Shown here: positions 51,396 through 64,000 of the stretch, piece by piece | Position numbering within the stretch: the first letter of the stretch is position 1 | How the letters are laid out: every line of letters starts with the position of its first letter | Source of the DNA: Eledone cirrhosa | Taxonomy: Eukaryota | Assembly: GCA_964016885.1 (NCBI GenBank) | Contig: OZ024762.1 | Location: forward strand, 17,050,001 to 17,114,000 | Length of the DNA stretch: 64,000 nucleotides | Direction of reading: 5' to 3' | Notes under the pieces: model-generated | What the model was told of the DNA's origin: nothing | Databases searched by the model: none | What the model saw: the letters and a program-made list of their open reading frames with translations, nothing else | Made by a program: the position numbers and the translations under genes

Positions 51396-51813
51396 TTTTC
51401 TAATTGTCTAATTGTTTGTGTATACCTGTGTGTTCTGAAGACCTGGGCAGGGGTGGTGAGAGTGGATCTCAAAATGCCAAACCTCACAGAGAGTACAAGA
51501 CTCCCTCCTGAAGAAGACACCTGTCCATTGCAGGGTTAGAGTCCCAGCTACAGCTGCTGGTACTCATTATCAGCTGACTGTACTGGAGCAATATGAAATG
51601 AGGTGGCTCGCTTAAGAACACAATGCACAGCCCAGCAATGAAACCCAGGACATAATCGTAAGTCCAACACCATAATCCTTTAGCATTTACATATATATAC
51701 TTACTATTGTATTTTCCCAGTAAAGACTTTACCTCACATAACATTTACATTACTCTATATTTACTATTGTATTTTCATGGTAAAGGCTTTATCTCACATA
51801 ATATCTCACATAT

Positions 51814-52045
51814 GTGAAGGCGCATGGCTGAGTGGTTAGAGAATTGGATTCACAATCGTGAGGTTGTGAGTTCGATTCCTGGACCAGGCGATGCGTTAGG
51901 TCCTTGAGCAAGACACTTTATTTCACATTGCTCCTTCTATTTGGAGTTGCGACCGATAGATAGTATTAGCAACTGAAAAGACCAATGGAAACATTGTTTC
52001 CTCAGTCCGATTTGACGAAAGTCGATCGATCCTAATGATAAAAAA
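51814..52045 (+). mobile_element. SINE family 3 nested in a piggyBac-type MITE (~51676-52203)
   Basis: 13-bp TSD aatatctcacata at 51800-51812 and 52046-52058. Confidence 0.75.
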
Positions 52046-52431
52046 AATATCTCACATAATATCGAATTTATGAGATTTTGTTGTTATATATTTTGAGAAC
52101 AATACCTTAACATAAGTATGAGTAGCCAGTTATGGCCAGTTTGAACAGAAAGAGGTGAGAGAACTCTGGCCAGATACGGCCGGTTTAAATACTAAAACGT
52201 TAAGAACACAACACACAGCCCAGTCTAGGAATCGAACTCATGATATATTATAATTGCAAGTCCAACACATTAAACCATTATCAACATGCCTTCACTTAGA
52301 AATATGGCATTCCTGTAAAGAATAATTGTGTGTTCTGCCTTGATTCCACAGACTCTGATTTTAAAAATGTGGCTGGGATTTCTGTTTCTTGTCCTGATGA
52401 CAGTTTCTTTTCTCCTTGATTCTACTTTCAG

Positions 52432-52598
52432 ATCAACACCCGAACTATGAAGGTTGAATCTTCTCGTCTCCTGAACCTTAGGGAATATGTGTTGTTGTAT
52501 AAAGAAATTACGGAGCAGATAGCTAGCATGAACCTCAGTGATCAGAGTGGAGACTCTGCATCAAGTGGAACATGTTCAGCTTCACTGCTTTTTAAAGA
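52432..52598 (+). CDS. RNF141: RNF141 coding exon 3
   Basis: tttcag|INTRTMKVESSRLLNLREYVLLYKEITEQIAS...TCSASLLFK|gtgagt (compare human [29 protein letters not shown]). Confidence 0.92.
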
Positions 52599-52929
52599 GT
52601 GAGTATGCCACGTCTATCTTGGTTTTTTTTTAGATTAAGTGCACTTGTATCTCTGTTGGTTTGTTGTAAGAGGCAACTAAAAGGGTTGGTTTTGAATAGA
52701 TACACTGTATATAACTATATATATATAAATATATACTGTGTATATTTCGACGCTAGCATATATATATATATATACACACACACGTGTGTATGTATATGTA
52801 TATATATATCATTTTATCATCAAAAAATGATAAAATTATATATATATATATATATCTATACACATACACACGTGTGTGTGTATATATATATATGCTAGCG
52901 TGGAAAGTGGACGTTAAACGAGGATGATG

Positions 52930-53004
<75 letters not shown>

Positions 53005-53654
53005 GAGTGAGAGAGAGAAAAGCCTTTTGTAGCTAGCAGTGGCATATATATATGAGAACGGGATAGAAGTTCAGGGAGCTACTGCCACTGCTAGCTACAA
53101 AAGGCTTTTCCCTCAAAATGAAAGGCAGACTGCATGATGCGTGTATACAGCAATGTTACATGGTAGTGAGACCTTGGCGTTGTCTGCAGAAGACTTGCGA
53201 AGATTGGAAAGAAATGAAGCTTCCATGCTCCGATGGATGTGTAATAGTAATATACGTGAACGGCAAAGCATAAACAAACTGAGAAAGAAACTAGGCATAA
53301 GAGGAATTGGATGCAGTGTGCAGGAGAGGAGACTGCATTGGTATGGGCACATGATGTGTATGAAAGATGTCATCTGTATAAAAAGGTGCATTGTGCACAA
53401 AGTCAATGGATGCCTTAGAGTGGGAGACCCAGGAGGACTTGGGACAAGGTGATAAAAGCTGACCTCGCTCAATTGCACCTCTCAAAGGTGATGACACAGG
53501 ACCGGGATCTCTGGTGTTATGCAGTAATACATGAACAATGGCTGAAGTTGAAACATACACATATATATATATATATATATAATATTCACCACTCCACCCG
53601 ACATTCCCATATAACCCCATGAGGACTGGCTATATCATACATCTAATGAACCCT

Positions 53655-54405
53655 TGAGCCCACACTGTAAAGTGGTCGTGTAGATATCACAACAAAAAAC
53701 ACCCAGTCCACACTGTAAAGTGGTTGTGTAGGTGTCACAACAAAAAAACACCCAGCCCACACTGTAAAGTGGTTGTGTAGGTGTCACAACAAAAAAACAC
53801 CCAGTCCACACTGTAAAGTGGTTGTGTAGGTGTCACAACAAAAAAACACCCAGCCCACACTGTAAAGTGGTTGTGTAGGTGTCACAACAAAAAAACACCC
53901 AGCCCACACTGTAAAGTGGTTGTGTAGGTGTCACAACAAAAAAACACACAGCCCACACTGTAAAGTGGTTGTGTAGGTGTCACAACAAAAAAACACCCAG
54001 CCCACACTGTAAAGTGGTTGTGTAGGCGTCACAACAAAAAAACACCCAGCCCACACTGTAAAGTGGTTGTGTAGGTGTCACGACAAAAAAACACCCAGCC
54101 CACACTGTAAAGTGGTTGTGTAGGCATCACAACAAAAAAAACACCCAGCCCACACTGTAAAGTGGTTGTGTAGGTATCACGACAAAAAAACACGCAGCCC
54201 ACACTGTAAAGTGGTTGTGTAGGTGTCACAACAAAAAAACACCCAGCCCACACTGTAAAGTGGTTGTGTAGGCGTCACAACAAAAAAACACCCAGCCCAC
54301 ACTGTAAAGTGGTTGTGTAGGCGTCACAACAAAAAAACACCCAGCCCACACTGTAAAGTGGTCGTGTAGGTATCACGACAAAAAAACACCCAGCCCACAC
54401 TGTAA
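53655..54405. repeat. SINE-derived 49-bp minisatellite (~15 copies)
   Basis: Unit cccagcccacactgtaaagtggttgtgtaggtgtcacaacaaaaaaaca. Confidence 0.9.
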
Positions 54406-54426
54406 TATATATATATATATATATAT

Positions 54427-54758
54427 GGAGGCACATGGCTTAGTGGTTAGAGCATTGGCCTTGCAATCGAAAGGTTGTGAGTTCAATTCTCAGGCCGGGT
54501 GATGTGTTGTTTCCTTGAGCAAGACACTTTATTTCACATTGCTCCAGTTTACTCAGCTGTAGAAATGAGATGATAGGGACTGGGGTCCATATCATTCCAC
54601 TGCAAAGTGGTCGTGGAGGTGCCACGGAAAAAAAGCACCCATCACTCACTGTAAATGAGGTTGGTGTTAGGAAGGGCATCCAGCTGTAGAAATCAAGCCA
54701 GAATCAGATCCCGTCCCACCCTTGCAAGCAGGGAAAAAGCAGACGTAAAATGAAATGA
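54427..54758 (+). mobile_element. SINE family 1, full length
   Basis: Head ggaggcacatggcttagtggttagagc through tail gacgtaaaatgaaatgat. Confidence 0.85.
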
Positions 54759-54969
54759 TATATATATATCATCATCATCATCATTCATTTCATTTAACAC
54801 TAACACTCTCATATCATGTGTATATGTATGTATGTATGTATGTATGTGTTTGTGAATATGTATGTGTGTTTGTGTATATGTATATGTGTGTTTGTATGTG
54901 TATATCTGTGTTTGCGTATATGTATGTATGTGTATATGTATGTATGTATGTGTGTTTGTGTGTTTTCAG

Positions 54970-55092
54970 GGTTGAACAGATTGGAACCTCATCTGACAAA
55001 GATGAAGAAGAATGCTGTATCTGCATGGAACGGAAATCTGAGATTATCCTTCCTTGTATGCATTGTTTCTGTGAAATATGCATCGACTCCTG
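54970..55092 (+). CDS. RNF141: RNF141 coding exon 4 (C3HC4 RING, first part)
   Basis: [31 protein letters not shown] with canonical ag/gtaagt boundaries. Confidence 0.95.
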
Positions 55093-55120
55093 GTAAGTGG
55101 AAACATTCTCTGAATGTCTT

Positions 55121-56141
55121 TTAACCCTTTAACATTTAAATTACTCTATATATACTATAGTATTTTTGTGGTAAAGACTTTATCTTATATAATATCCCAC
55201 ATAACATTTACATTACTCTATATATACTATAGTATTTTTGTGGTAAAGACTTTATCTTATATAATATCCCACATAACATTTACATTACTCTATATATACT
55301 ATAGTATTTTTGTGGTAAAGACTTTATCTTATATAATATCCCACATAACATTTACATTACTCTATATATACTATAGTATTTTTGTGGTAAAGACTTTATC
55401 TTATATAATATCCCACATAACATTTACATTACTCTATATATACTATAGTATTTTTGTGGTAAAGACTTTATCTTATATAATATCCCACATAACATTTACA
55501 TTACTCTATATATACTATAGTATTTTTGTGGTAAAGACTTTATCTTATATAATATCCCACATAACATTTAAATTACTCTATATATACTATAGTATTTTTG
55601 TGGCAAAGACTTTATCTTATATAATATCCCACATAACATTTACATTACTCTATATATACTATAGTATTTTTGTGGTAAAGACTTTATCTTATATAATATC
55701 CCACATAACATTTACATTACTCTATATATACTATAGTATTTTTGTGGCAAAGACTTTATCTTATATAATATCCCACATAACATTTACATTACTCTATATA
55801 TACTATAGTATTTTTGTGGCAAAGACTTTATCTTATATAATATCCCACATAACATTTACATTACTCTATATATACTATAGTATTTTTGTGGCAAAGACTT
55901 TATCTTATATAATATCCCACATAACATTTACATTACTCTATATATACTATAGTATTTTTGTGGTAAAGACTTTATCTTATATAATATCCCACATAATATC
56001 AAATCTATGAGATTTTGATATTATTTATTTTGAGAACAATACCTTAACATCAGTATGAGTGGCCAGTTACAGCCAGTTTGAGGGAGAAAGAGGTGAGAAA
56101 ATGTTGGCCGGATGTGGCCAGTTTAAATGCTAAAGGGTTAA
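55121..56141. mobile_element. piggyBac-type MITE with ~14 homogeneous 60-bp internal repeats
   Basis: TTAA|cccttt...aaaggg|TTAA; 60-bp periodicity visible line to line. Confidence 0.88.
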
Positions 56142-56487
56142 ACATCATTTACCATGTAAGCTCATGTAGCATTTGATAGAAAATGTAAACTTACTCCATG
56201 GAATTGGATATATAACTGCAATATTGCCGCTCAATACTGGCTTAGTCTATGAGACCTGTACAACCCTTGATATAAGTGAGATACAGACCCCTGGCCTATC
56301 TGGGAGGTCAGTAGCCCTGCTTCAGACTTAGTCTATGGAGACCTGTCCAACTCTTGCTAGCAGGGAAAGCAGACATTAAAATGATGATGATAAGCAGAAA
56401 TCAACAGCACATTGAAATAACAACAGATTCTGCCAGCTGACATTTCGTCTCTATATTATTTTCCATGTCATTTTATTTTTTTTCCAG

Positions 56488-56644
56488 GAATATTTTACAC
56501 AGGACATGTCCAGTATGTCGTGCCAATGTCCAAGGAGCAGACGATACCTGGGTCCTGACTGAAAAGCCAGATAGTACTGAATATGACTCACAGTTGAAGG
56601 GTTACTTAGTTGGTTTGGCAGACACTGTTGGAGACCCACAATAA
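56488..56644 (+). CDS. RNF141: RNF141 coding exon 5 (end of RING, stop codon)
   Basis: ttccag|NILHRTCPVCRANVQGADDTWVLTEKP...LADTVGDPQ*; total CDS 702 nt = 233 aa plus stop. Confidence 0.93.
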
Positions 56645-56677
56645 ATCCCTTCCATCTTATCTTTAAAATCATTACTC

Positions 56678-56708
<31 letters not shown>

Positions 56709-57060
56709 ACTCTCTCTCTCTCTCTCCCTCCCTCCCTATATTCCCTCCTCCCTTATTTAGACGCCTCTCACGCAAAAACAAACAAAAAAAAATGACAAAA
56801 AAGAAAACAACAAACAAAAGCAAAACAAAAAAAAGACAAAATAGACAAAACAAAAAAGGAATCACCTGCGTTTCTTTTTCTTTTATATATATAAATTATA
56901 TTTATTATTGATAAAGTATAGCATGAGTATATAGCATGTGATGTGCTGCGTGTATGGGAATGTGTATATATATATACATATATAATGTATATGTGTATAT
57001 GTATAGATATGTACGTGTATATGTACACATATGTATCTGAACATATATATATATAATGTA

Positions 57061-57103
<43 letters not shown>

Positions 57104-57106
57104 ATG

Positions 57107-57144
<38 letters not shown>

Positions 57145-57167
57145 ATGTATCTGTATATTTATATATA

Positions 57168-57213
<46 letters not shown>

Positions 57214-57431
57214 ATGTATCTGTGTATATTTATATATATGTGTGTGTGTATATATATATATACATACACACACACATATATATATATATATAATGTATTT
57301 GTATTTATATATATGTGTGTGTGTATGTATGTATATATATATATATCTATCTATATATATATATAATGCATCTGTATATTTATATATATATAATGTATCT
57401 GTATATTTATATATATATGTGTGTGTGTGTG

Positions 57432-57469
<38 letters not shown>

Positions 57470-57833
57470 GTATCTGTATATTTATATATATGTGTGTATA
57501 TATATATAAAATGTATGTGTGTATATGTATACATATGTATGTGAATATATATATACTCTTTTACCTGTTACAGCCATCCGGTTGAGGCCATGCTTATATA
57601 TATAATAATGTATGTGTGTATATTTATACGTATATATGTGTGTGTGTGTGTGTGTGTGGATATATATATATGTTTGTGTGTATATATATAATGTATGTGT
57701 ATATTTATATATATATATAATGTATGTGTATATATATATATATTATATATATATACAATATGTTAGTAAATGGAAACTATATTTATAAAACCATAATTAT
57801 TTTATTATATATATTAAAATACAGATTTATCTG

Positions 57834-57899
57834 TATTTTATCTGATGAAAGCGCACCATAATTTGCCTTGGTTGCCCTTGAAATATATATAATAAAATA
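57834..57899 (+). ncRNA. Type I minimal hammerhead ribozyme (family A) downstream of the RNF141 stop, within fold-back element 57756-58035
   Basis: tattttat CTGATGA aagcgcacca-taatttgcct-tggttgccctt GAAA tatata TA ataaaata. Confidence 0.78.
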
Positions 57900-59399
57900 A
57901 TTATGGTTTTATAAATATAGTTTCCATTTATTAATATATTGAATATTTACTCCACTAAACTGTTGAGCGCTTTATTTCAGTTATAAAATGTTTAAGCTTG
58001 TTGAATCCCAACAAATTAAATATAACCTCTGCATATATATATATAGATATATATATAGTCATTTCAACACAAATGACAACTACATTTTGAATTTGTAATT
58101 TTCTCAATGCTTCCTAAGTCAAGCAATTGTTTATATATATTTATTTATTTATTTATTATATATATATATAGTGTGTGTATGTGAAAACGTGTGTATGTAG
58201 GTGTAAACATGTACATACATACATATATATATATATGTGTGTGTATGTGTATAAACGTGAATATATGTCTAAGTATATATGTATGTATGTGTACATGTAT
58301 AAATGTTTGTGTTTTGTATACGCTGTTTTCTTATTTAAAAAAAACAAAACCCAACCTAAACAATACAACACAAACAAAACCAAACAACAAACAGGCCAGT
58401 TTTCTCGCCCTCCTATTGTTTCCGTATTAAATTTCTGAAAAGTTTTATCAAAGTTCAAAAAAGCTGATTGTTGTTGTTACGAGTCAGATCACAGGTTTGG
58501 CTGTTCTTTTCAGCTGGTTGTTATTGTTTAACCTTTAACGTGCTGTCGGCGACAAGAGAGTAACCTCCCTTCAATACATAATACTGTATCAAGGGAGGCA
58601 ATTTATAAAAAATAAATTTGACTGTTCCCTTGTGTGATTTTAGGGTGGAAGATTTTATTTTCATAATTGTTAACAAACGAAACATCTTAACATCTACAGC
58701 TACTATACCTCCGCCCCCTCTCCAAATTTGGAACTTGTTTCACTTTTGAATTTACATATCTTTTTTTAAATTTTTTAAACACTTTTCTTTTTCTTTTTCA
58801 TTTTTTACTGCACTGACTGCTGTTATTTGTGATTTTTACCAACACTATTACCCCCATCCCACCACCATCATCAAATTCATCATCATCAATATCATCCTTT
58901 TATGTCTGCTTTCCATGCTGGCATGGGTTGGACAGGTTGTTCATTGTCTGCTACCAGACTTGTTGAAACTGCCTCATGGTTTCTATCGCTGGACAACTTT
59001 TCTAGAACCAACCATTTTACAGAGTACCGGGTGTATTTTATTGTGGCATCAGCACCACCACTTTACAGAGTGTACCGGGTGTTTTTTATTGTGGCTTCAG
59101 CATCACCACTTTACAGAGTGTACTGGGTGTATTTTATTGTGGCATAAGCACCACCACTTTGCAGAGTGTACTGGGTACATTTGATTGTGACATCAGCACC
59201 ACCACTTTACAGAGTGTACTGGGTGTATTTCACTCCTGAGAAGGGTTATGTTATTCATCTTGTTTGTATATTTGGATATTGTACTCACAGAGCTATAGAA
59301 TATATTTAACTCTTAACATCCTGCAAATGTTTATAGTATCTTTATTACTGGAAAAATTGTTGTAAAAATTTGTGATATCTCTTAACATCATGTAATGAC

Positions 59400-59606
59400 T
59401 TAACCCTTTAGTATTCACATTACTCTATATATACTATTATTGAGGTTTTACCTCACATAATTATCTCACATAATATCGAATCTATGAGATTTTGAAAGTA
59501 TTTATTTTGAGAACAATACCTTAACATCAGTTTGAGCGACCAGTTACAACCAGTTTCAACAGAAAGAGGTAGAGAATTCTGGCCGGTTTGAACATTAAAG
59601 GGTTAA
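59400..59606. mobile_element. piggyBac-type MITE
   Basis: TTAA|ccc...ggg|TTAA. Confidence 0.78.
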
Positions 59607-60287
59607 CTCGCAGAAAATATCTGTAAAAAAAAAAGGGTTTGTTAATTCAAATGTTTGTAGTATCCTTATTACTGGAAAGATTGTAAAAATTTGTTATATT
59701 ATCTCTTAACACTCTGTAATGACTTAGCAGAAAAATGTTTGTTGTATCTTTACCATTGGAAAGATCATTATGAAAATATGCAGTATTAGAGTAAATACTT
59801 TGATTTTTAATGTGATGCAGTCACAGTATAAATATGTGGCTTAGTGGTTAGGGTGTTGGACTTACAATCACAATGCAGTGAGTACTATTCCTGGACTGGG
59901 TTGTGTGTTGTGTTGTTGAGCAAAACACTTCATTTCATGTTGCTCCAGTATACTCAGCGAATAATGTGTACTGGGAAGTTAATCCTGTGATAGACTGGTG
60001 TCCTGTCCAGTGAGTAGCAATTTTGAATTCTCAGTCACCCGACACTGATGGAACTAGGGATAAGCATCGGCTTCATGAGCCTTTGGTTTGGGACAGACTT
60101 TACCTCTTGTTGATGCCGTCTCAGGCAGTACTAGATCTTAAGTGTTTATCATCATCATCATCATCATTTAAAGTCCATTTTTCATGTTAGCATGGGTTTT
60201 TAGGCGGGTTTTCCCATTAGAGACAGGTTATGTCAGGTGAACCTGGCTAGACTTCTACGGCTGAATGCCCATCCTATCATCAACCTC

Positions 60288-60702
60288 ATTTACAGTGTGG
60301 GCCGGGTCCTTTTTGTCATGACACCTACATGACCACTTTACAGTGTGGACTGGGTGCTTTTTGTCATGACACCTACATGACCACTTTACAGTGTGGACTG
60401 TGTCCTTTTTGTCATGACACCTACATGACCACTTTACAGTGTGGACTGGGTCCTTTTTGTCATGACACCTACATGACCACTTTACAGTGTGGACTGGGTC
60501 CTTTTTGTCATGACACCTACATGACCACTTTACAGTGTGGACTGGGTCCTTTTTGTCATGACACCAACATGACCACTTTACAGTGTGGACTGGGTCCTTT
60601 TTGTCATGACACCTACATGACCACTTTACAGTGTGGACTGGGTCCTTTTTGTCATGACACCTACATGACCACTTTACAGTGTGGGCTGGGTGCTTTTTGT
60701 GA
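60288..60702. repeat. SINE-derived 48-bp minisatellite (~8.5 copies)
   Basis: Unit tttacagtgtggactgggtcctttttgtcatgacacctacatgaccac. Confidence 0.88.
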
Positions 60703-62119
60703 TTATATCAAATATTTATGTAAGTATAGTAGCTTGGAAATATACCCTTATACACACACACACACACACACATACCAACACACATAATAACATTCACACA
60801 CAGACACATAAGCATAAACATAACACACATAGACACAAGTACCACAATAATTACTGGTATAGAGCTAAAGCTATAGTATGGGTGAAATATCTGCTGGACA
60901 ACTGACTTGTCACTGTATGCATTTCTTTCTCCTGTTCCCAATTATTGTCTCAGGACTGTTAGGTTTTCCAGTTTAGTGAGGTCTTCACAGGACATTCTTC
61001 CTCCAGTATTCAGTAATTATGCTCTCCACATCACTGTAACTTGTTATTGCTATCTTCAGCATTATTCCCCTTATGGTGGATTGGCAGAATCAGTAGAGTA
61101 TCGGACAATATGCTTTGCAGTATAGAGTTACATCCCTTTATGTTCTGATTTCAAATTCCACCGAGGTTAGATTTGCCTTTCATCCTTACAGGGTCGATAA
61201 AATGAAGTACCAGTAATGTTCTGGGGTTGATTACTCGCCTTTCCCCTAACTGCTGGCCTTGTGCTTAAATCAGAATCCATTATTATGGATTGTATTGTAC
61301 GTAAGAGTTCCCTAAAGAGGACAGTGTTGGTGTGAAGAAGGGCATCTGGCGGTAATAACATTGCCTCAAAACATCCCTGTCCAACCCATGCCAGCATGGA
61401 ATGGAAAAGTGGACGTAAATCGATGATGATGTTGATGATGATCATGTGTGTGTCTGTAAGTGTAAGTGTGTGTGTATATGTGTGTGTGTCTGTGTGTATA
61501 TATGTGTGTGTGTGTCTGTAAGTGTGTGTGTGTCTAAGTGTGTGTGTGTGTCTGTGAGTTGCAAGATTTATATAAAAACAATCTTCTGTGTCCCCTGTGG
61601 ATCTTTCTTCCTGCCAATGGATTAAGCTTGATATTAACGATACCGATCTCACCTTTACCCCCCACATCCATCACTCCACCCTACCCCGCATTCTCCTACC
61701 CCTCACTCCACCCCACCTGCATCCCAACCCCCACCCTACCCCCATACTCCCCACAACATTCCACTACATTCCTTTCAAAAACAAAACAGGACACTCATTA
61801 TTTCTGACCAATGTTCTCATAATTCTGATAATTAGATTAATTAATTAATTAATTAAATGGTCATAGTGGTCATATCTGAAAAAAAAAAAACAACAAAATT
61901 GACAAAACATGTTTGTTTTTTGTTTTTTTTTTTATTCTCTATTTTTTTTTTTTCTTTTTATTTAACCCTTTACCAATCTGGCCCCCGTTCAATGAAAGAA
62001 AACCACACCACCGTTGACACTGCTGGAGGTCTGAAAGCTGATGAGTGTGGCACTGTTATGAGGAAGGACAGGTCAGTTGGCCACGTAATCCTGTCTCACG
62101 GCGGAACCATAGCTTTGGT

Positions 62120-62915
62120 GCCTGGAACTGGATGGCACTGCTGTGAGGAGGGACACACCAGCTGGCTGTGCTGAGCCCTTCTCACAGCAGAACCACAGTC
62201 TGGTAGCCTGGAACTGGATGGCACTGCTATGAGGAGGGACACACCAGCTGTCTGTGCTGAGCCCTTCTCACAGCAGAACCACAGTCTGGTAGCCTGGAAC
62301 TGGATGGCACTGCTATGAGGAGGGACACACCAGCTGTCTGTGCTGAGCCCTTCTCACAGCAGAACCACAGTCTGGTAGCCTGGAACTGGATGGCACTGCT
62401 GTGAGGAGGGACACACCAGCTGGCTGTGCTGAGCCCTTCTCACAGCAGAACCACAGTCTGGTAGCCTGGAACTGGATGGCACTGCTGTGAGGAGGGACAC
62501 ACCAGCTGTCTGTGCTGAGCCCTTCTCACAGCAGAACCACAGTCTGGTAGCCTGGAACTGGATGGCACTGCTGTGAGGAGGGACACACCAGCTGTCTGTG
62601 CTGAGCCCTTCTCACAGCAGAACCACAGTCTGGTAGCCTGGAACTGGATGGCACTGCTGTGAGGAGGGACACACCAGCTGGCTGTGCTGAGCCCTTCTCA
62701 CAGCAGAACCACAGTCTGGTAGCCTGGAACTGGATGGCACTGCTATGAGGAGGGACACACCAGCTGTCTGTGCTGAGCCCTTCTCACAGCAGAACCACAG
62801 TCTGGTAGCCTGGAACTGGATGGCACTGCTGTGAGGAGGGACACACCAGCTGTCTGTGCTGAGCCCTTCTCACAGCAGAACCACAGTCTGGTAGCCTGGA
62901 ACTGGATGGTACTAC
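62120..62915. repeat. 86-bp GC-rich tandem repeat (~9 copies)
   Basis: gatggcactg recurs at 62131, 62217, 62303 and onward. Confidence 0.92.
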
Positions 62916-62939
62916 TATGAAGAATGCAGCAAGATAGAA

Positions 62940-64000
62940 CCATCAGTAAGACCCCAATAAAAAGAAAAACACAAATAAACAGACAGGAGATAAACAGTGG
63001 ATAAATGCTAAGGTGAAGAAAAAATCTAGAACTAAGAAAAACAGAGACTCTGGAATAAGAAAGCCCAAGTACTTTGTAAGTTCTACAAGAAAGGGACTTG
63101 TTGGCATGGGGAAGCTGGGACACGTAGTTTTGCACACCTCAGACTCTATGCAAGATGTGCCCACCTTACTCATGCCAAGTACTGAAGCCAAAACCAACAC
63201 GTGCAAACAAAACAGCTGATAGGGTCACTGCTCAGGAAGTATGCTGAGCTTGTATGTACTGCCCCCGATGAAGAGGGGACAGTATGCAGAAGCAGGACAG
63301 ACTGTAGTTGTGGAACAATAGTCTTTTTTAACCCTTTAGCATTTAAACCGGCTGTATCCGGCCAGAATTTTCTCAACTCTTTCTGTTCAAACCGGCTGTA
63401 ACTGGCCACTCATACTGATGATAAGGTATTTTTCTCAAAATAAATATCAAAATCTCATAGAATTGATATTATGTGAGATACTGTGTGAGGTAAAGCCTTT
63501 ACTGTGAAAATACAATAGTATATATAGAGTAATGTAAATGTTATGTGAGGTAAAGCCTTTACTGTGAAAATACAATAGTATATATAGAGTAATGTAAATG
63601 TTATGTGAGGTAAAGCCTTTACTGTGAAAATACAATAGTATATATAGAGTAATGTAAATGGTAAAGGGTTAAACATGGCAGAAAAGATTGTGAGACAGCT
63701 GAGTTGGCTCCATCAAATATAAAGCCAAAGTCAGTCACATCAACATTCATGATCCCCACAAATAAAGGAGCCAGGGTGGTCACCACTGATACCCACACAA
63801 ATGCCATTTCAGCAGCCCCCACTGACACCACAAATGTCATACCAGTGCTACTACTAAATGTCAGAGGGCTGGTAAAACTGACCAACATGTATGAGATCTA
63901 CCTACCAAAGAGACCTAGCCTCAAACAATATGCATGACACTAACTGAAACTCACCTGACAGCTAGGATGGCAGATGTGGAGATAGACATACCAAAGTATG
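62940..64000 (+). mobile_element. Decayed LINE 5' part: ORF1 with CCCH-like finger and start of APE endonuclease
   Basis: LCKFYKKGTCWHGEAGTRSFAH at ~63072-63137; LLLNVRGL at ~63848, then after a frameshift ICMTLTETHL...DVEIDIPKY to the window edge. Confidence 0.6.
63328..63672. mobile_element. piggyBac-type MITE with three 60-bp internal repeats, inserted in the LINE
   Basis: TTAA|ccc...ggg|TTAA. Confidence 0.82.

Noticed and set aside
53026-53110. ~25-bp inverted repeat
   Set aside because: Single short instance with no TSD or ribozyme core; cannot be classified
54427-54500. tRNA gene candidates (this and similar heads)
   Set aside because: A/B boxes run directly into SINE bodies and no complete acceptor stem is seen
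55114-56010. 298-aa hydrophobic repeat ORF
   Set aside because: 60-bp tandem array inside a MITE within an RNF141 intron
63619-63888. Minus-strand hydrophobic ORF resembling a transporter
   Set aside because: Better explained as the antisense of the plus-strand LINE endonuclease region

Overview
AT-rich, microsatellite- and SINE-dense animal genomic DNA, most consistent with an octopod cephalopod (inferred from the repeat content). There are two divergently oriented spliced genes. An N-terminal RASSF7/8-type Ras-association gene lies on the minus strand (coding exons 8936-7283 and 2938-2399; last exon not identified). A complete RNF141 RING E3 ligase lies on the plus strand (5 coding exons, 49439-56644, 233 aa, with a candidate promoter and UTR exons at about 41.8 and 44.9 kb). 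The rest is transposon-derived: tRNA-derived SINE families, CR1-like, RTE and Vingi-like LINE remnants, TTAA-flanked piggyBac-type MITEs, Tc1/pogo- and hAT-like MITEs, and many minisatellites. The most striking signal is about 20 type I hammerhead ribozyme motifs (CUGANGA-stem II-GAAA-stem III-UH, closed by stem I) from at least five unrelated sequence families. They show compensatory stem variation, and most sit in short non-coding fold-back elements inserted in (TA)n tracts. This resembles the pseudo-LTR termini of Penelope-like elements or retrozymes. One intact sense-strand copy lies in the presumptive RNF141 3' UTR. All structures were read by eye and no database searches were run.
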